Virus record (IMG/VR): IMGVR_UViG_3300045988_179151
DNA: 64,000 bases
Source of the DNA: a virus
Reading direction: 5' to 3' (one strand)
Below the pieces are notes generated by a model, which did not search any database, was not told the DNA's origin, and worked only from the letters and a program-made list of their open reading frames with translations. Position 1 is the stretch's first letter, and the number at the start of each line of letters is the position of its first letter. This document shows positions 57,896 to 64,000 of the stretch, piece by piece. A program made the translations under genes and the position numbers.

Positions 57896-57910
57896 AAAGG
57901 AAAATATAAT

Positions 57911-58081
57911 ATGAACAACAAAAAAGAAATCAAAGAAAAATTACTCGAAGAATACAGTAATCTTTTAAAACCCAACGGGGTGACAGTAGATTCACCGTCA
58001 TCTGAATTCGTGAAATACATACTTACACCCAATGACCCAATTGATATCACACCTGATCATTTTAAATATAGTTCTAAATAA
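57911..58081 (+). CDS. Possible small protein (56 aa)
   Basis: RBS agaaaggaaaatataat before the ATG. Below the ORF-track cut-off. Confidence 0.3.
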   Translation: MNNKKEIKEKLLEEYSNLLKPNGVTVDSPSSEFVKYILTPNDPIDITPDHFKYSSK

Positions 58082-58156
58082 GAATATACTTTATAATGAA
58101 ATATAATATTTTCTTATCGATGAGGATCTTCAAAAAATTTTGAAGACAGAGTAGGC

Positions 58157-59777
58157 CTATAAACTACTCTTTGCAAGAGACTCTTGGTATGTCAATAGTC
58201 CATTATCATGACAATAACGACGATGACATTCTTCAGAAGCCTCCTGAACCTGACATCTAACAGTACAACTCGTACTGCTTTTTGTATATACTGGAAACTC
58301 CAACATCAGAGAACGTCTCTGATTAATAACTCTTCCAGCATTCACATCAGCATTACAAGAGAAATAACACTGCTGACAAACAAAATCTTTTTGAGATTTA
58401 CGATTATGTTTAGACACATAATGACAACGTGAACATTCTTGACTAGTATAAGCAGGATTAACCGCAACAATTTGAATCCCATATTGCTCTTCTAAACGAG
58501 CTAATTTAGCGTTAACAACAGAACGATAGGTACGACCAATTAAACGATTCATTTGTTTAGACAGTCCTGCTGCTCTAAAATCAAGTTTTTCAACCACAAA
58601 AACGCCAACATTCTTTTTCGCTAATTTGTTTAAAATGCGACAAATCTCATTTTTAAAATACGATTTGATACGTTGTTGCAATTGATTATAACGTTCATTT
58701 GTTGACAATTTAATAGACTGTTTTTGAAGCTCTTTAGTCAATTGCAAAAGCTCTTCATCCCAAATTTTTAATTTGATAAATGATGACAATCCATGGCGTT
58801 CACCGTCACTTGTTGTGAACATTGCAACCATGCCAAAATCAAGCCCAATACTTTCTGTTGAAGAACGTAACGGGGCTTTGTCATAACCAATAATAGCTGA
58901 AATTGTACATGTTTTATCAGTCAATCGAACTTGTACGAACGGTAATCGTTCACCTTTTTTAAGGCAATCATCCAAATAAGGATTACGTTTTAAAGGCAAG
59001 TAAATCGGTTTTCCTTTTTGCAAGGTTGATAATTTCAAAAAATAATCAAAATGTGAGGCGTTTTTTTGAAACTTCTAAAACCGCTACTTTTTCATCTAAT
59101 TTCAAAGTTTTGACACGTTTCAATTGTGGAAAACGAATACGTTTTCGGGCACGCTTAATCAATTTACGCATAAAAAAGAGAATATCTGATGAAACAGGTA
59201 ACGTTACATTTGCTTTATGCGCCTTAGATGGAATTAATAAGTCACCTTCTTTTGTCTGATGCCATGTTAAGTCAACAGACGAATGATGCCAAAGATGACA
59301 CTTATTAATACGATAACAAGTAGCCAAAAAAAGTTCATCAACAATAAATGAATGGCCTAAAAAAGAACGAACGACATCTTCAAGTTTTGTTAACCAGGAT
59401 AAATAAATCTCTAACGTTTGTTTATAACAGGCTTGAACATAACGCGCAGATAAAGGTGTTTGAACAGCATCTCTTTCAATTGCTTTCAATTGTTCTTCTA
59501 ATGACTGTTTAGGCGTTTGTCCTTTTTCAAGCTGATTTGCATAACGTTTTTTACATGACTCAAATAATCGAACATAATCTTCTTTTGTTTGATATGGTTT
59601 AGCGTTTGTAAAAGTTAACTGCTCATTGTCCCGAACAAATCGTAAATCAATATCTGATAAGAAATAAGCCATTAAATCAGAATAAGGAGTCAATAAATCA
59701 TTGGCAACATCAATTTTACCAGCATTAGCTAATGAAGGTGTCGGTATTGTTGCGATCCACTTTGTTGATTCGACCAT
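58157..59777 (-). pseudogene. tnpB: Large TnpB-like gene (about 540 aa) split into two ORFs by a +1 frameshift in an A7/T7 homopolymer (plus-strand T7 at 59060-59066). RuvC and zinc finger are intact
   Basis: C-part has IGLDFGMV (RuvC-I), VVEKLDF (RuvC-II), NPAYTSQECSRCHY...CQQCYFSCNADVNAGRVI (ZF plus RuvC-III). With A6 the N-part reads ...LEVSKNASHFDYFLKLSTLQKGK..., continuous into the C-part. Confidence 0.6.
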
Positions 59778-59954
59778 AATTATTAACTCCTTTCTAATTT
59801 AGTGTTTTCTATATTTATTATTATAATAAAATCAGACTAAATAAACAAGCAGAAACATTATAAAGATATATGTTTCTGTCTACTGGCTATAATACGAAGA
59901 CAAATATAGTCGATTGACTACTTAACTTAACAAAATTCCACAAGGAAGATCAAC

Positions 59955-60896
59955 ATGACAACAGAAACTTTACATTTTCAATATGACCCTATACAACTAG
60001 CAAGACAATTACTAATCATTTACTTTGAATCAGAATTGAAAGCATTTGATACTAGTTTGTTATCCCACGGAAATTACGAAATCAAATACAAAACTCCAGT
60101 ATTTATTCGCTCGGCTGTTTATGACACACTTGAAACTATTTCTGATGATCAACTAGAAAATTTTATGATTCAGATTGCTGAAGACTACGACATCAAAGAC
60201 GAATTCACATTCGATCAATACTTGCCGCAAATTTTCAAAAAGATTATAGAATCAGACTATTTCTCAGGCATCTTAAAGAAAAACTACAAAAAGCACCCCG
60301 TTTTTGATTCTTATGTTGAAGATAAAACCAATGGCAATATTTATCGAGCAAACTTTACAGGCCACTACGGCATTGTCGTAGCCGTTCTCAGCCAACACCC
60401 TGAATTAAATTCTACGGAAAAACAAGACGATTTCGTTATGAATCACTTAAAATTAGTTGGCGAATCCTATAACCAGGCATGGTACAAGCCAAAACATTTC
60501 GTAAGATACAACGATGATGATACAAAATTATATCAATATGACTACAGAGCAACATTTAATCAAGTTTACTATGACGCTCTTTCAGCGAACAACACCGAAA
60601 AACCTGAACCAAACTGGCATATCATCATTGATGATTACGAAAATGATGAACTAATCGATGAAATCATCAACGATAAACAAGAAACACTCCAATATCTCAT
60701 TTTATATAATCTTTTAGAAGAGGCCCCAGAACTCGTGCCTGAATTCTTCACAGATGATTTAGATCCAATTCTCAACTTCGTCCAAAATAGTAATGAACTA
60801 TTCAATATTAAATCAACAAATACGGAATTAATTGAACTAAAAACCACTCATGACACTATCCTAGATAGAGAAGAACTGATCATCTATAAAGACTAA
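59955..60896 (+). CDS. Hypothetical protein (313 aa)
   Basis: ORF with RBS aaggaagatcaac. No motif recognised. Confidence 0.4.
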   Translation: MTTETLHFQYDPIQLARQLLIIYFESELKAFDTSLLSHGNYEIKYKTPVFIRSAVYDTLETISDDQLENFMIQIAEDYDIKDEFTFDQYLPQIFKKIIESDYFSGILKKNYKKHPVFDSYVEDKTNGNIYRANFTGHYGIVVAVLSQHPELNSTEKQDDFVMNHLKLVGESYNQAWYKPKHFVRYNDDDTKLYQYDYRATFNQVYYDALSANNTEKPEPNWHIIIDDYENDELIDEIINDKQETLQYLILYNLLEEAPELVPEFFTDDLDPILNFVQNSNELFNIKSTNTELIELKTTHDTILDREELIIYKD

Positions 60897-61361
60897 AAAA
60901 TGGAAATCATTGAGGACTAATCATCTGCAACCAAAATACAAATATTTCATGGAAATCAAAACTTCATGACGACGATGACGATGTTGCGTTACTGTTAGGC
61001 GTCTTCGACACCATGGAAGCCGCTGAAAAAATAGCAAGCGAAACTTCAACCATCAACATCGTACAACAAAACGAACCATGCGAGCTTGCACTAGGATAAA
61101 GACTTAATATAACCTATACTCTTTCAAAGATTAACATCAAAAAGAAATTAAAAATAAAAATTGTCCAACAACGGCTCCAATATGGTACAATAATATTGTG
61201 AACGTCGAGAGACATCCACAACGATAGTAAAACAGACATACCGCCAACCTGATATATCATCACAAACAAAGAAACTTGGGACTGCATGCTTGTTTTACTG
61301 TCACCAACTAAAAACACTCGCGAAGGACAACCCGTATCCCGCGATAGAAAAGGAGTTAGCT

Positions 61362-62135
61362 ATGCTAACAAATATTGAAGTCGTCAAGAAAGACGGTCGT
61401 GTAGAACCGTTTCGAATGACAAAACTATTGACAGCTTTGCAAGCTGCCGCATTAGACATCCACTACACACTCACAGATGATGAACTCAAACAAATTGAGA
61501 ACGAAGTGTATAAATACATCGACGCTCAATCCGTTCTTCTTCCGCAAGACTTGCACTTTACCGCTATTGAAGCGGCTCGCAAAGTCAATGCTGATGTAGC
61601 AAAAGCTTACGAAGACTATCATAAGCAAAAACAATCGTTGAAGGTTTCTGACCTCAATCGATTGAAAGTTGTATCGAAGACCGGAATCGTGTCCGACTTC
61701 AACGCCAAACACATCGAAAACGCCTGTCAAAAGGCCGCAAAATCAATCGGTAAAGAATTGACCGATGAGCAATTGCACGATGTTTTGTCTGAAGTAGCTC
61801 ACTGGCTCGATACATCTAAATACCATGACACTGTTGCAACGAGTGATCTCCACCGTTTCGTCATGGGAGGCTTGAAAAAGGTTGATTTGCCGACCTATAC
61901 AGCCTATAAGCGTTACTGGCAAGCTCAACGTGACCGAGCGACCGCATTTCATGAATTGCAAAATGAGGCGGAAGGCTTGCGCTTCGGTTCATACAATGAA
62001 AATGCCAACAAAGATTCGCAAGTGATTTCAACTAAATCAGCGCTCATCAACGAAATGACCATGAAGAAACTCATGCGTCACGTCTTGAATCCTGAATGGT
62101 TGACGGCTCACGAAGAAGGATACATTTATATCCAT
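61362..62135 (+). CDS. nrdD: Anaerobic ribonucleotide reductase NrdD (class III), exon 1: ATP-cone plus start of catalytic domain
   Basis: RBS gaaaaggagttagct. MLTNIEVVKKDGRVEPF is an ATP-cone. ...YNENANKDSQV...LTAHEEGYIYIH aligns with T4 NrdD ...LNENANKDSRV...KAHESGIIHVH (recalled from memory). Confidence 0.7.
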
Positions 62136-62495
62136 GAACAGATTGTGGCCTAGTTCGGTAACGAACTATGGAAAAACCGCGTTAACCCGTGCCGAAAGGC
62201 TGAAGGGGTGTCGTTCCTACGGCACAGTAATTATAGGAAATGATAATGAAAGGAACGGCTAACAGGGAACGAAAGAATCCTGTGCGACTTATGATATTTC
62301 ATAAACGTTAATCGACTATCGAAAGGATATCTATGAATAATTGGTTCATAGAGAATAACTGAGTAGAGTAGCCCCTGGTGAAATAAACAGGTTCGTCATC
62401 GTCTGAGATTAGGACGAGATAAATCGTGTAATAGCCAAAATGCGGCATCCTATGTAACGACTAGGATGATGATATAGTCAGCTCACACCCAAGTG
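62136..62495 (+). ncRNA. Putative group I intron 1 (360 nt, no ORF)
   Basis: Stop codons in the nrdD frame. Upstream exon ends in U; intron ends in G. Shares the blocks ggaaatga.aa / ggctaacagggaac / aatcctgtg with intron 4. Confidence 0.55.
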
Positions 62496-62693
62496 GATTT
62501 GGGTGACCTCTACAAAGACACATTTAACTGTGACCTCTTCGACTTAGAACACTTGATGAAGGATAAAGAACACGAAGACGGGTTCTATGCCTTCCGAATC
62601 AACAACAAAACGACACATGAACCAAAACACGTGTCATCAGCATTTGATATTTTATCAAGCGTAACCATCGCAGCGTCTGGAAACCAATTTGGT
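62496..62693 (+). CDS. nrdD: nrdD exon 2
   Basis: DLGDLYKDTFNCDLFDLEHLMKD..GF..R..N......PKHVSSAFDILSSVTIAASGNQFG aligns with T4 DIDYSPALPFTNCCLVDLKGMLENGFKLGNAQIETPKSIGVATAIMAQITAQVASHQYG. Confidence 0.65.
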
Positions 62694-63096
62694 AAGAAAC
62701 GACCCGCGTATTCAGTAATGAGTGCGTGCTCCTACATTTAATGCTTGCAACACCCTAAAGTCTCAATCACCTAAACAGTAAGTGGAAACGCTAAGCTGAA
62801 TGGTTGTCAAAAGACGGAAAAAACTATTGAGAATGAGGTATGCTGAAATAAAAGCCACATATGTGGTGCTAACCCTCGCAAACAATGGGCATTTAGCAGG
62901 GACGTGACCTAAAGAGAAATCCATGGCACACCCCCAACGATTATCTCCTTGAGGGAGAGTAAATCCGTAAGTCACTGACGGAAGAAAAATGTAGCTCCTA
63001 TACATATAGGATGAAGATTTAATCTGAACTTGTCTGAAAGGACAAGCCGTGATTCGCTCACGCTAATAGATTGACGCTCTATTAGGAACATATTTG
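62694..63096 (+). ncRNA. Putative group I intron 2 (403 nt, no ORF)
   Basis: Lies between exons that align contiguously to T4 NrdD. Upstream exon ends ...ttggt (U); intron ends ...atatttg (G). Confidence 0.5.
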
Positions 63097-63300
63097 GGTT
63101 TTACGGTGAACCACATCGATAGTACTTTAGCACCGTATGCTGAAAAATCATATCAGCATTATTTAAACGATGCTAAAGAATACGGTATTGCAGATGCAGA
63201 ACGTTATGCAACCGATAAAACACTCAAAGAAATCAAACAAGGCGTTCAGAGCTATACATACGAATTAGCTCAAACGCAGAACGCACTTGGACAAACGCCT
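63097..63300 (+). CDS. nrdD: nrdD exon 3
   Basis: GFTVNHIDSTLAPYAEKSYQHYLNDAKEYGIADAERYATDKTLKEIKQGVQSYTYELAQTQNALGQTP aligns with T4 GTTFANVDKVLSPYVKRTYAKHIEDAEKWQIADALNYAQSKTEKDVYDAFQAYEYEVNTLFSSNGQTP. Confidence 0.65.
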
Positions 63301-63637
63301 TAAGTAAGGGGCCAACGAAAGTGAACCTATCAAGGGTGTCTTCGAAAAGAAGGCTAACGGGCAAAGCAGAAATAAGATAAAAATGTAACCTCAACCGAGG
63401 ACGAATATGCTGATAAGAGAGCCTACAACCAGAAATGGTCAAAGGTAATCCCGTGCGAAGCTCTTAATATCCAATAAGAGAACGTGTAACGACTATTCCC
63501 GTAGTGGGTGGTGAAAGTCCACAACAGAAGTACGGCTGCTATTGATACGCAGTGGGTGAGAATCCCTTAAATGGAAGCGCTCAGGTCACTGTACCTAAGA
63601 TATAGTCTATGCCTTTATGAAAATAAAGGACAACATG
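63301..63637 (+). ncRNA. Putative group I intron 3 (337 nt, no ORF)
   Basis: Starts taagtaagggg. A possible P1 pairs exon ...gccu with ggggc. Contains ggctaacgggcaa and aatcccgtgcg blocks like intron 1. Ends in G. Confidence 0.5.
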
Positions 63638-63862
63638 TTTACAACCATCAGCTTTGGGTTGGATACAAGTAAATGGGGACGTGAAATCACACGCGCCATC
63701 CTAGAAGACCGCATGTCACCAGACAACCGCGACGTCTTCCCGAAACTTGTCTTCATGTATCGAAGTGAAATTAACGGTGATCCAGATTCACCAAACTATG
63801 ACTTATACAAACTAAGTCTCGAATGTTCATCTAAGAAACTCTACCCTAAAATAATTGGGGCT
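63638..63862 (+). CDS. nrdD: nrdD exon 4
   Basis: FTTISFGLDTSKWGREITRAILEDRMSPDNRDVFPKLVFMYRSEINGDPDSPNYDLYKLSLECSSKKLYPKIIGA aligns with T4 FVTITFGTGTDWTERMIQKAILKNRIKGLGRDGITPIFPKLVMFVEEGVNLYKDDPNYDIKQLALECASKRMYPDIISA. Confidence 0.65.
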
Positions 63863-64000
63863 TAAGAGGGTGACCTCTTTCGAATAACTATGTGAACGGC
63901 TAACAACCGGTGTCTAATTACCGACAAGGAATTGTAGGAAATGACAACTAATAATTAGGCTAACAGGGGAACTACACTGTACAATCCTGTGGGAAGCCGT
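63863..64000 (+). ncRNA. Putative group I intron 4 (5' part; the window ends)
   Basis: Starts taagagggtgacc. Shares gtaggaaatgacaa...ggctaacaggggaac...aatcctgtggg with intron 1. In-frame stop right after exon 4. Confidence 0.45.

Noticed and set aside
62493-63865. Small ORFs inside the nrdD 'intron' region as homing endonucleases (62493-62741, 63094-63303, 63617-63865)
   Set aside because: They are the nrdD exons themselves, aligning to T4 NrdD. None has LAGLIDADG, GIY-YIG or HNH motifs, and the true introns have no ORFs.

Overview
The window is low-GC, Firmicutes-like DNA that looks like a large phage or prophage, or a heavily mobile-element-laden accessory region; GC content is judged by eye, not computed. 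The first 9 kb encode the LPXTG C-terminus of one surface protein and a giant (~2800 aa) YSIRK-signal/LPXTG surface protein. That protein is split into two ORFs by a 1-nt frameshift in an A7 tract, and its promoter region contains an IS607 right-end/omega-RNA-scaffold-like remnant.

Positions ~9.4-64 kb have a phage-like gene set:
- a standalone ATP-cone protein
- six TnpB-family (IS200/IS605/IS607) elements, including two diverged, inverted, apparently nuclease-dead TnpB-like genes whose ~190-nt 3' RNA-like regions are almost identical (TldR-like)
- an 11-kb segment between those copies carrying a HipA/PI3K-like kinase operon and a trifunctional Pnkp-type RNA-repair enzyme
- SF2 helicase/ATPase genes, a Nudix hydrolase, a RuvC-like resolvase and a flotillin
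- an E1(ThiF)-like protein plus a JAB/JAMM protein flanking an acidic protein and a tRNA-Leu
- two tandem paralog families of small proteins ending in NNQQLW[IFL], one enclosing an HD-domain small alarmone hydrolase
- a third paralog family, one member split by an IS607-like TnpA+TnpB insertion
- an iteron-dense AT-rich putative origin followed by an RHH protein and a D5/P4-type primase-helicase
- a PnuC / Prs-like / NAMPT-like NAD+ reconstitution module (NARP1-like)
- the 5' part of an anaerobic ribonucleotide reductase gene (nrdD) interrupted by at least four ORF-less group-I-like introns.

Three independent genes need the same A7/T7 to A6/T6 correction, which suggests either systematic homopolymer sequencing error or slippage. 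No CRISPR array, rRNA or phage-type integrase was seen.
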